Shown one piece after another: positions 50,870 through 62,422 of a stretch of 64,000 nucleotides of DNA. Each line of letters starts with the position of its first letter. Positions within the stretch are counted from its first letter, which is position 1. The stretch lies in assembly GCF_001194135.2 (NCBI RefSeq), contig NC_068991.1, positions 26,461,109-26,525,108 of the forward strand, read 5' to 3'. Under the pieces are notes generated by a model, which worked only from the letters and a program-made list of their open reading frames with translations, made no database searches and was not told the origin of the DNA. The stretch comes from Octopus bimaculoides (lineage: Eukaryota). A program made the translations under genes and the position numbers.

Positions 50870-51510
50870 TTCAGCATTCCTTACTGCAGTCATAACCATG
50901 TCTCAGTTCTCCTATTTGCTGAAACTATCTTTGGGAATCCACCATATAAGTAATGTTGACAGAAAATTCCGAAACTTGTTGACAATGCGTAGAATGCAGC
51001 ACACTAAGGCAAATATAAAAAGACTTTACCTGCCACGAAAAGATGGCCGTGTGCTTTTACAATTGGAACTAACAATGAAGATTGCCACAGTTGGCCTGAA
51101 CACCTACCTGAAAAACTCTGACAACTGGAAGTTAAATCTTGTTTTAAAGCACGAAAACAAGAAGGCATCATACTCAGTAACAAAGCAGGAAAGGGAATAT
51201 CTAAGTGACTTCCAAATACAACGAATCTCACAATTAGATGTACTGGAAACAAGCACAGAAAAAGCTAAGCGTATGCAATCCCGTGCTAAATCTGCTACCT
51301 TAGATATTCTTACTGATAAATGGCAAGAAAAACCTCTCAATGCCCAAATAGAGCTAACAATGCCAATGTTGACAAAGCCCTTATCCATGAATTGTTAGTG
51401 TCTTCTGGCTTAAAGTCAGAAACAGAAGGGTTTATCATAGCAGCCCAAGATCAATGCCTGCCTACAAGAAACTACCAAGCCAACATATTAAAAAGGGCAG
51501 TTGGCCAACA
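50870..51510 (+). mobile_element. R4/Dong-like LINE fragment (RT thumb to pre-CCHC)
   Basis: VDRKFRNLLTM..KRLYLPRKDG; SSGLKSETEGFIIAAQDQCLPTRNYQANILK; nucleotide match to 26400-26645. Confidence 0.88.
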
Positions 51511-51511
51511 T

Positions 51512-51769
<258 letters not shown>

Positions 51770-51770
<1 letters not shown>

Positions 51771-52110
51771 CTGTCATCTTCTGGTATTGATACATCAATT
51801 AGAAAGCATTTTTTTTCTTCATGATCTTTGACAACTATATCTGGTCTATTTGCCTTAATTTCTCTATCTGTGTGTATTGGCATATCCCAGAGTATGGTTG
51901 CTTTCTCGTTTTCTGTGACCTTTTCTGGCGTGTGTTTATACCGTCTTTTTTCTGTTGTTATTCCATAGTGTTGGCATAGCTTCCAGTGTATATAGGTCCC
52001 AGCTCTGTCGTGTCTGTGAATATATTCCTTCTTAGCCAGGACTGGGCATCCAGAGATAATATGATTTATTGTTTCTTGTCGATCTTCACATATTCTACAG
52101 TTACATAATT
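51770..52110 (-). mobile_element. R4/Dong-like fragment (CCHC and REL N-half)
   Basis: CRICEDRQETINHIISGCPVLAKKEYIHRHDRAG..ILWDMPIHTDREIKANRPDIVVKDHEEKKCFLIDVSIP; same family as 10259-10645. Confidence 0.9.
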
Positions 52111-52865
52111 ATTTCTTTCATTCGTATTGTTTGCGAAATGAATGCATCATGTAGCTGAAAATAACAAGTGGTAAATATAATACTTCCTCTTGCTGATTGC
52201 GCGCATACGTGTCTATGCTTATTTTTCACTCTTATCGAAAAAAAACTTATGAACAGGCAAAATCTAAAGCACCAATCCTATTTTTCTTTCTTGAACATCA
52301 AGAAATACGTGAAAAGCAAAATTCACATGTTTATGTTTCGATGTGTTTGTGCATGTGTGTGTATGTGTTCATGTATGTATGAATGTAAGAGTATAACATA
52401 TTTTACCATACGTTGCGTTTATATTTTTGTACAACTTTAAATAAATAAGTAAATACTAACATAAATATATGCATATTTCTTTGTGATTTATAATTCTTGT
52501 ATAAGCATTTTAGCGATATTGTGTTTTCAAAGGCATAACGCGCACGAAGGGAGCGGCTTTTTGTAAATGGTAAAACAATCCCATACTAAGTGAAGAGAAA
52601 CAACAAAAAAAAACTAATACAGTATGAAAGAAGAGACGTACATTGTGGTACTATAGCCAAACTGAAATCAAAGTAAATACAATATCGTTAGGAACAAACG
52701 AAAAAGAACTATTTGAAAACAAACATTACAATAGCTTTCCGCAATACAAAATTTGGACTCCTTACATCATATAATGCAAGCACGCACGCGCACACACACG
52801 CATGTATGTATGTATGTATGTGTGTGTGTGTATGTATGTATGTATGTATGTATGTATGTATGTAT

Positions 52866-53105
52866 GTTTGAATGTGGTGTGTGCCAGAGGGTTTGCAAAT
52901 CCAATGGGGGTCTTAAAAGACATGTTAGGATCCACAATGAGCAGAACTTACTTGCAGGTATTGGTAGTGCAAATCAGAGGTGCAATCTGTGTGGGTGTTT
53001 TTTCAAAACACTGTCTGGTTTAAAAAGCCACATCAGACGCCATGAAAGGGCTAAGGTGTAGGTGCAGGAGGTGGTCAAACTCTGTTTAAGGAGTAGACAA
53101 CCACG
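52866..53105 (+). mobile_element. probable RTE-LINE extreme 3' end encoding two C2H2 fingers
   Basis: CGVCQRVCKSNGGLKRHVRIH and CNLCGCFFKTLSGLKSHIRRH, stop, ~45-nt UTR, (ATGT)n tail; (TATG)n on both sides. Confidence 0.7.
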
Positions 53106-53434
53106 ATGTATGTATGTATGTATGTATGTATGCATGTATGTATGTATGTATGTATGTATGTATGTATGTGTGTGTGTATATGCGCGTGTATGTATGTATG
53201 TATGTATGTATCTGCTTATGTATGCATTAGTACATATAATTGTATCATATAGATATTTTATAAAATGCTTGTGTATTGTTTCAAATTTCGAGCTGGACAT
53301 AACTTATCTATGAGATTGCATATTAGCTGAGATGGATCATGGTAGAAGCAGTCCTTTTTGCGGAAAAACAGTTCGGAACTCAGTAAATAAGTCTTAGACT
53401 CCACCTCGACTGTCACGTTATCCCGATATTGGTA

Positions 53435-53635
53435 TCAAATTTTGGCACAAGGCCAGCAATTCCGTATAAGGGGTCAATCAATTACATTGGCGCCCAGTAC
53501 TCAACCAGTACTTATTTTAACGAGATCGACAGGATCAAATGCAAAGTTGATCGCGGCGGATTTTGAGCTCACAACTAGAGGAGGGAAGATATACCGCTAG
53601 ACCTTTTTGCTTAGCACGTTAACGATTAAGCCTTA
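53435..53635 (-). mobile_element. degenerate SINE family A
   Basis: AAATTTTGGCACAAGGCCAGCAAT is the reverse complement of the family A tail. Confidence 0.7.
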
Positions 53636-53664
53636 GCTATTATACTAATACCATTCTTTTATTA

Positions 53665-54087
53665 TTTTATTCTCTTATTAGTTTCAGTTATTTCACTACG
53701 GCTATGCTGGAGCACCACCTTAAAGGGTTTTTGTCGAATAAATCTACCCCAGGACTTATTCTTTAGAAGCCTAGCGCTTATTATATCGGTCCCCTAAGCC
53801 AAACCGCTCGGTTACAGAGGCATAAACACACCAGCATCGGGTGTCAAGCAATAGCGGAGTGGACAAACACTCATCAATACATACATACATACATACATAC
53901 ATACATACATACATACATACATACATACGACGGCCTTCTTACAGTTTACGTCTACAAAATCCTCTCCCAAGTCTTTGGTGGGCCAGAGGCTATGGTAGAA
54001 GAGAATTGCCCAAGTTGCCACGCAGTGAGACTGAATCCGGAACGACGTGGTTGGGAAGCAAGCTTTTTACCACATAGTCATGCCTGT
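53665..54087 (-). mobile_element. SINE family B, full length, internal (TATG)n
   Basis: Head, CORE-like block, microsatellite and GGTGCTCCAGCAT tail on the minus strand. Confidence 0.85.
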
Positions 54088-54381
54088 AGAACTATTTTGA
54101 ACATTGCTGAATATAACTTGTTCGGGCTAGTGCTATTTCCACATAGCTTTCGAACATGATATCTAATTATTTATAGTTCGAGTGGAAAGCATTATTTTTC
54201 GGTTATCCGTACGCAGTAATACAGTTCTTTCTAATGAAATGAAATATACTAGCATTTCTTATGAAATTCTTCATGTTAGAACTGGCAATAGGGTATTCCT
54301 TAATGACCAAAGCTATTATTGTGTACATGCACAAGCTTTAATCACCGAAACATAATAACAAACATCCCAGCTAGCTGTTCA

Positions 54382-54455
54382 GCCCGGCTACGTCAGTTGG
54401 TAGAGTATAAGGTAATAAATCTTGGGAACATGGTTTCATGTCTCCACGTTGAGCG
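54382..54455 (+). pseudogene. tRNA-Lys(CTT)-derived pseudogene
   Basis: GCCCGGCTACGTCAGTTGGTAGAG...CCACGTTGAGCG is colinear with metazoan tRNA-Lys-CTT (GCCCGGCTAGCTCAGTCGGTAGAG...CCACGTTGGGCG); anticodon arm and B box mutated. Confidence 0.75.
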
Positions 54456-54477
54456 GATGAGTTAGCTTTTAAAAAGA

Positions 54478-54640
54478 TGGTGAGCTGGTAGAATTGTTAG
54501 CACACCAGATAAACTGCAAGGTGATATTTCTTCCGGCGCTTTACATTGTGGCCTTTCATCCTTTCAGTTCGAAACTGGGGTTGATATGATCTACTACTTC
54601 AACCCCTAAAATTGCTGACCCTGTGCCAAGATTTAAGAAC
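54478..54640 (+). mobile_element. SINE family A with internal deletions
   Basis: GGTGAGCTGGTAGAATTGTTAGCAC head; AATTGCTGACCCTGTGCCAA tail. Confidence 0.75.
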
Positions 54641-54666
54641 CATGTCATCATTATAACTATTTTACA

Positions 54667-55080
54667 GGCGCAGGCATGGTTCAGTAGTAAAAATTTGTTT
54701 CCAGACCATATGACTCCGGGTGTATTCCCACTTCGTCGTACTATGACCAAATGTCTTCTACGATAGCATCAATTAAAATCTTGTGAATAACTTTGGTAGA
54801 CAGAGACTGAAAGGAGGCCGTCGTGTTTATATATATATATATATATATATTATATGTGTGTGTGTGGGGGGGGGGATCAAATGTGTTTGCTTTTGTTCTC
54901 ATCTGCTTCGAAACTGATATTAGTTCATTTACGTCCCTTAACTTAGTGGTTTTGTGAAGGTGGACGATCGGATAATTACTAAGCGCATAAGTACTGGATT
55001 CGACTCGTTTTGCTAAAAACGGTCCTTCATGCTCGGGACCCAACATCTCTAATAACTGAAACAGGTACAATATAAAAGGT
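54667..55080 (+). mobile_element. SINE family B, diverged, internal (TA)(TG)
   Basis: GGCGCAGGCATGG head; ACTGAAAGGAGGCCGTCGT before the microsatellite. Confidence 0.75.
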
Positions 55081-55794
55081 AAGCAAAACGTACAACTCTA
55101 TTTTGTTTTGCTATGTCCATAAAATGCTTCGAGTGAAGGGTGAAGACGTACAATAGCAATAACAATTTCATAGTTTCAAAACTAAAGAAACAGACCCGAA
55201 TATTTAACCTTTGAATTTCAGAAAGGCATGGTTGTCACATATTTCACAGCGGGAATATACTGCCTCCAAAATATATTGTTTCTAAATAAGCTGAATTAAT
55301 TTGCTTGAGTTATTTAGCAAATACGTCACTTTCATAACATGTGTATGGTAGTCAGTAGTAACTATTTTTTAAATGTTATTAATGGTTCATGTATAATATC
55401 TACATTCTAAGTGAATAAAGTTTTCAATAGTATTAATTGATACTTAGACATAGGGATATGTTACAGAAGAATGATTAAAAAATAATATATTAGAAAGCCA
55501 CCGAGTCCAAGAAAACAATGGGAATTTATTGTGAAACAATTGAACTGGCAAGAGTAAAACCATTGTCTAACCAGTAAATAAATAACAAATATTTATAAGA
55601 TTTAGAGTACTCCCCCCACCATGTGAATAACAATCGAATTACTTGAGTTTGGCAGTCGTTTGAAGTATCAATAAGTACAAATGAAATATCGATATGAAGT
55701 AATTATTAAAAAAAAGTAATAGAATAAAATATCGGTCAGTTTAGATAATTGATATGTTGCTCTTTTGGTATGGAGTTAAAATGCATTGTCTAGG

Positions 55795-55825
55795 ACTTAC
55801 ACACAAACACATACACACACACATA

Positions 55826-55897
<72 letters not shown>

Positions 55898-55925
55898 CAT
55901 GTATACATGTACATATACATATATA
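55795..55925. repeat. (CA)n(TA)n microsatellite
   Basis: Directly visible. Confidence 0.9.
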
Positions 55926-57037
55926 TGTGTGTGAGAGTTTGTGTGTATGTATATTTATGTATACCGGCACACATACACACGCACATACGCACAAACACAG
56001 ATATATACATATGTATATACAAGTAAAAAAGTGGTGTGTTGTTTTGATGTGGAATAAATAATTGCACATTCTAACGTTGTTGATTTCTAACTCAGAATAT
56101 GAGTTTCGAATAAGTTAACGTTTCTCAAAGTTAACGGTGATGCAACAACGTCTGCTGCATAATTCTGTGCAGCATTAATCCCCTTTTAATTGTTTTTCTT
56201 ATGCATTTATTTTTAACCACAGTAGATTTCCATTTTTCTTTCTCCGTTGTATTTACTACAAGAAAAACGAAGAATAAATTTATCAGCGTACAGAAAACAA
56301 CAACAAAAAAAAGACAAAAGAAAAACTATTAGTAAACACAATTAATAAGAATACTTTTAATTCTGAACCAATCCTATTTACCAGATACTTTTGGTTCACA
56401 AAACATGACAAAAGTAATTTTAATATTATCAGCTGTATACAATGATTTTTATTCTTGGTGCAAAATAGTTTCTTTGTTACTTGATTCCACAATAAAATGT
56501 TGGCTGTTATTTCGAGAGAAGTTGAATAAGTTCGCAAGACAATATTTAGTAGCATTGTCTTAAGAGTAGGATGTGTTTTTCAACTGTGAATTCTGTTAAA
56601 AATTGGATTTGCTCATCTTGCAGAACAAATCTTTGACCTAAAATACCTGAGAAAGGTAAAAAAATGTAGAAGCTGCTCGTCATTCAATTTAACTGCCCCA
56701 CTGAATAGTCAAATTTAAAATATATTATCATAATCATACTGTTAAAAAACAAACGAAAGGAAAGAAATAGAAATGAAATTAACAATATCATATGAATGCA
56801 CATATATATGTGTGTGTGTGTGTGTTAGTGTGTGTGTGTGTGAATGTGTGTGTGTTTCCATGTGTGTTTGTGTGTGTGTGTATATGTATATAATTATGTA
56901 TACACATGTATAGGCATTCAGATTCATACTTATACATACGCACAATCACCGACATGAACATATGCAGTCATGTATAATACATAGCTCTTTTCATATACAT
57001 ACATATATAATTATACATACATACATACATACATACG

Positions 57038-57097
<60 letters not shown>

Positions 57098-58478
57098 TAT
57101 TATTAAATATATACGTTAGTATATAATTAAGATTCGGTTGAATTAGGTAGTTAAATTGAAGCACTATGTTAGGTCGATCTAATTTGCATACCAAACAATA
57201 TCAGGTGAATATCGAACTCTGTGTTGAAGTGTTCGCACTTAATATGCTTGCAGTGTATGCAGATAACTCCACCCAACTTAGTGATGTGATCCGCTCTTCG
57301 TTGTACTCCATATAAAAATACAAAAATACTTTCTATAAAATTTCCGAAGAGCAGATTCCAGGGTAGGTGAATTAAATATAAATGAGTAACAAACATTTAC
57401 AGTCGTTAATTCATTACGGCGACTGCTTTAATTGATTAATGAAAACATTTGGAACGCTGCAAAAAATACAACAGCAGTATCGATGCAAATATTTGAGCTC
57501 CGTTGGTGATACGAATATGTTAAAGCAGTTGATTGACCTTTGTATGTGAAGTCTATGCAGTCATCTGAAGAAAACATTTTCTTTGCAATGATGTACTTTA
57601 AACGGCCCAAATGAATTGACATCTGTACATTTTTGTTACTCATTTATATTTCATACACTAGTATATGTATTTAATAATATTTATATATACTAGAGTTGCT
57701 TTCCATGTGTAAATTTTCTCTTAGGTGTGCAATTTCCAGGCATACCAGCTTATAATTTTACAAGCCATGAGCATATAGTCGACGGACTGGCTGGGTAATT
57801 CGCTTTCATCCCGGGTGGGTACGTGATGTTGAAAAGCCACGAAAATGGTGAAACCCCGATGTTCATCACTCCCAAATGGGATTAATGGTAAGAAATCTTT
57901 CCTGTCCATGATTCAAAGGTGACATGAGAGTTATACATTGCGCTACGCCATTGCAGCCACTGGAAAATGCACAAAGAGTATAAATTAGTACATACATTTA
58001 ATAATATCTATTATACTAGAGCTGCTTTTATTTCNNNNNNNNNNNNNNNNNNNNNNNNNNNNNNNNNNNNNNNNNNNNNNNNNNNNNNNNNNNNNNNNNN
58101 NNNNNNNNNNNNNNNNNNNNNNNNNNNNNNNNNNNNNNNNNNNNNNNNNNNNNNNNNNNNNNNNNNNNNNNNNNNNNNNNNNNNNNNNNNNNNNNNNNNN
58201 NNNNNNNNNNNNNNNNNNNNNNNNNNNNNNNNNNNNNNNNNNNNNNNNNNNNNNNNNNNNNNNNNNNNNNNNNNNNNNNNNNNNNNNNNNNNNNNNNNNN
58301 NNNNNNNNNNNNNNNNNNNNNNNNNNNNNNNNNNNNNNNNNNNNNNNNNNNNNNNNNNNNNNNNNNNNNNNNNNNNNNNNNNNNNNNNNNNNNNNNNNNN
58401 NNNNNNNNNNNNNNNNNNNNNNNNNNNNNNNNNNNNNNNNNNNNNNNNNNNNNNNNNNNNNNNNNNNNNNNNNNNNNN

Positions 58479-58479
<1 letters not shown>

Positions 58480-58511
<32 letters not shown>

Positions 58512-58520
58512 GTGTGTGTG

Positions 58521-58556
<36 letters not shown>

Positions 58557-58765
58557 TGTGTGTCTGTGTTGTCCCCCCATTATCGCTTGACAACCGATGC
58601 TGGTGTGTTTACGTCCCCATAACCTAGCGGTTCGGCAAAAAGAGACCGATAGAATAAGTACTAGACTTCCAAAGAATAAGTCCTGGGGTCGATTTTCTCG
58701 ACTATAGGCGGTGCTCCAGCATGGCCGCAGTCAAATGACTGAAACAAGTAAAAGAGTAAAAGAGA
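58480..58765 (+). mobile_element. SINE family B 3' half after a gap
   Basis: CTTGACAACCGATGCTGGTGTGTTTACGTCCCC...GGCGGTGCTCCAGCATGGCCGCAGTCAAATGACTGAAACAAGTAAAAGAG. Confidence 0.9.
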
Positions 58766-58789
58766 GTAACATAATTTTTTTTTTATCAA

Positions 58790-59839
58790 AAAATGCTATA
58801 AGGATAAAAATAAAGTATTTTCTTTAATGCTATTCAAGAAAGCCACATTCAGCTTCAACAACTGCTTCTATATGAGATCTAAATCATTTACATCCTGGAA
58901 TCAAGTGGACCTAGTTCATTTTGGATATTACTCTGACAATGGCAGCTTTGAAAAAATCTTTGGTGTTATGGGTGTGTTTATTGACCTCTCTCTCAACAAC
59001 ACTCCACATTTAATAGTCCACTGGATTAAGATCGGGTATTAGGAGGTCAAATGTTAGTGGTTATGTGATCATGAACATTTTCGGCCGTCTATTCCTGAGT
59101 TACTAGAGACATCTGCGATAGTGCAGAGTCTTACTGTAATAAATATGGCCTTCCATTGCACACATTGTCTATCCAGAGCTGAATTATTTCCAGGACCTCA
59201 ATGTAGGCGGCAACGTTAATTCTGAGGCCTTGTGGAAAGAAGTAAGGAGGCATCACATGCCCTTCATAGCTGACAACCCCTAAAACCATGACAGTTTCAG
59301 GATATTTTTATACTTAACACATGGACCGTCAGAAGGGTTTGCACATAACCATCTGACATTTCTTCTGTTAACATTTTGATCTTCGTCGAAGATTTTCCTG
59401 TTTGAGAAAAAGCAAATCAAATCCTCTGCTGGATTTTTCAGTTTGTTTAGGAGCCTTTTTGATCTGATGTAGTGATTTTCTTTACCTATTTCTCACAAAT
59501 TAACATTTTCTCGTAATATAAGACTTATATCTGGTGTCTTTGTGGACAATATTTCTGACTGTTCTTTCTGACACATGGAGATCTTTTGCAATTTTATGCT
59601 GTGTTACTGGTGATACATTTCCATCTTCAGTCGAAAGATCTGGCAACCGTTAAAAATCGAGATATTTCTAAATCAACATGCTCAACATTTATAACCACAA
59701 TAACAGCATACCTCTTCATTTCTTGAGTAAGCTGAGGGTGTGTCATTATCATTTTCTGAAACAAAGATTAAACAGAGTTAGCAAAGATTGCAGCAATGAC
59801 CCCAAAAATTACGTCCTCAAATACCTTACGCACCCTGTA
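58790..59839 (-). mobile_element. Tc1/mariner superfamily (maT/DD37D-like) transposon remnant; transposase ~58826-59746
   Basis: TVMVLGVVSYEGHVMPPYFFPQGLRIN, Q*DSA, WPPN, DLNPVDY, EREVNKH..RSHIEAVVEAECG; terminus TACAGGGTG; other TIR not found. Confidence 0.85.
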
Positions 59840-59852
59840 TAGATATATATGT

Positions 59853-59901
<49 letters not shown>

Positions 59902-60130
59902 NNNNNNNNNNNNNNNNNNNNNNNNNNNNNNNNNNNNNNNNNNNNNNNNNNNNNNNNNNNNNNNNNNNNNNNNNNNNNNNNNNNNNNNNNNNNNNNNNNN
60001 NNNNNNNNNNNNNNNNNNNNNNNNNNNNNNNNNNNNNNNNNNNNNNNNNNNNNNNNNNNNNNNNNNNNNNNNNNNNNNNNNNNNNNNNNNNNNNNNNNNN
60101 NNNNNNNNNNNNNNNNNNNNNNNNNNNNNN

Positions 60131-60161
<31 letters not shown>

Positions 60162-60171
60162 CTAAAATTGA

Positions 60172-60381
60172 GGTGGTGAGCTGGCAAAATTGTTAGCACA
60201 CCGGTCAAAATGGTTTGTAGCATTTCGTCCAACTTGACGTTCTGTGTCCAAATTCGTCCCAGGTCAACTTTGCATTTTATCCTTATGGGGTCGATAAAAT
60301 AATTACCAGTTCAACACTGGGATCGATGACATGAACTTAACCATGCCTCCAAAATTGCTGGCCTTTTGCCAAAATTTCGAG
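60172..60381 (+). mobile_element. SINE family A
   Basis: GGTGAGCTGGCAAAATTGTTAGCAC...GGGGTCGATAAAAT...AATTGCTGGCC. Confidence 0.85.
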
Positions 60382-60391
60382 CCCATAATAA

Positions 60392-60590
60392 GGCGGCGAG
60401 CCAGCAGAATCACTAGCACGACCAAAAAATTGCTTTGCCGCATTTCGTCTGTCCTTACGTTCTGAGTTCAAATCCGCTGAGGTCGACCTTGCCGTTCATC
60501 CTTTCGGGATCGTTAAAATAAGTATCAGTTGCGCACTGTGGTCGATGTAATCGACTCACTCCTTCCCTGGAATTCCTGTGCCAAAATTTC
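60392..60590 (+). mobile_element. SINE family A, tandem with the previous copy
   Basis: GGCGGCGAGCCAGCAGAATC...GTTCTGAGTTCAAAT...CATCCTTTCGGG. Confidence 0.85.
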
Positions 60591-62188
60591 CACCAAACGT
60601 TTCAGTCTTCAGCCACAATTTGAAAGTTTTATTCTTTTTATATATATTTAAATCGTGAAATATAATTCACTTAGGAAAACCTAAGTACATTTTTTGGCAG
60701 AGAAAGTAGTTTAGTAAGGTTCTGCAATGATTTACTTTCGCATTTCGGCTAACGTAATTATATGAAAGCGTTTCGCAAGGTGACGATTCAATAAATCAGT
60801 TCACTTTCTATGCAAACCAAAAGACAGCAAATGAACGTAAATTTATTCTTTGTCACATACAACTCAATGATTTTATTGTATATCATTTTAATGATATTCA
60901 ACTTCTTGTCTTTCTAAGAATAATGACAAGAACTATTTCTGGTGACTTTGCAGGAGTTCATCTTCGTAATCAATCTATGAATATCTATGGGCTTGGTGAG
61001 GATGTTAGATGTGATGGTATTTTTTGGCCATTATGGTAGAGTAGGTAGTTCCATAAATATGGCAGGCAGAGGCTATACTAGTAAGTCTATATCAATGCAG
61101 TAGAGAAATTCTATTGTATTCCTGTTGTAAATGCTAGGACATAACTGTTGTGAATTTCGTCTTCCCAAATATATAGTTGTTATTTCGGATATGTTCTTGA
61201 ACACGAATATGATGAGAGTGATAATAGAATATAACTGCATGTAGCAGACAGATGTTAACAGATATAATGGGTTGCCGGGGATAATAGGTACTCGAGAATT
61301 TTCTTGTTGATATTTACAATCTTTAAATTAGCATTGCTCTAAATGGCCATCCAGCCTAGCATTGGAATTCTTTTCTAGTAGGCCATTGAAGCTGAAATAG
61401 AAATTGGAGAAAATGCAACAAGTGGACATTTTTAATGCATGAATTACATAGCAAGATATGGTGGAAAATATGACCGGAAGGAAAAGATGATTCCAGGGGA
61501 AAGTATATAATAGCTTACAGTAATTTTCAAAAGTAAACAAAGTTCACATCTTGAGATTGAAGCTGTTACAAAGTTCCATGTTTTTATATAATCGTTTGCT
61601 GTCATAAACTGGAAGCTTAATGATCTCTTGAAATTTGAAATTTAATAGAAAGAAAATAAAACAGCTCAAAAACAAATTATATAACATCCATTTTAAACGG
61701 ACATGTGACACTTTATAATGCATTGAATGCATTCACTTTAACTGATACAAGTATCATTTAAATTAAGTGAAATTATTTAAACTAAATACAATTAAATAAG
61801 GCGAATTCGGCATATAGAAAGAAAAACATGACTGTTGTTCAGTGTTTCATATTTATCTGATTAATTAATTAAATGAGTCGCTTGAAGCGTTATTCGTATT
61901 TCAGGAGACTATGATATCACATTAAGTCTTATACATACTGTCTCCTCTATGATTTGCTGTAGAAACGACTGTATGTAGTGCAAAAATGTTTCCTCTCAAC
62001 CGAATGAAAATCTTTACACCTATTCGCTGCTATCATTTGCACAGACACAAGTGAGATTTCCATGGTTGCACTTGTCCTTGTTGATTAGCATCAGAGCAGT
62101 TCTGATGGAATAGGAACAACGTATAAAAATGGTAGATTCATGATCATTATATCATTATTTATGCAAGGAATGTCAACTCAGTGTCCTC

Positions 62189-62422
62189 CCCTAAAATTAC
62201 TGACCCTGTGCCAAGATTTAAGAACCATGTATATCATTATAACTATTTTACAAGCGCAGGCATAGTTGAGTAGTAAAAATTTGTTACCCGACCATATGGT
62301 TCCGGGTGTAGTCCCACTGCGTCGTACTATGAGCGAACGTCTTCTACTATAGCATCAATTAAAATCTTGTGAGGAACTTTGGTAGACGGAAACTGAAAGG
62401 ATCCCGTCGTGTTTATATATAT
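62189..62422 (+). repeat. duplicate of 54603-54852 (SINE A tail, spacer, SINE B head)
   Basis: Shared spacer ATCATTATAACTATTTTACA and shared variants GTAGTAAAAATTTGTT and TAGCATCAATTAAAATCTTGTGA. Confidence 0.85.

Noticed and set aside
51104-51388. Minus-strand ORF similar to 26516-26640 suggesting a repeated gene
   Set aside because: Both are antisense readings of the same Dong-like LINE family.
52753-53061. Host C2H2 zinc-finger gene
   Set aside because: The ORF start is microsatellite, there are no TGEKP linkers, and the UTR plus tandem tail fit a LINE 3' end better.
58827-59042. 71-aa plus-strand ORF as a host exon
   Set aside because: It is the antisense frame of the Tc1/mariner transposase C-terminus.
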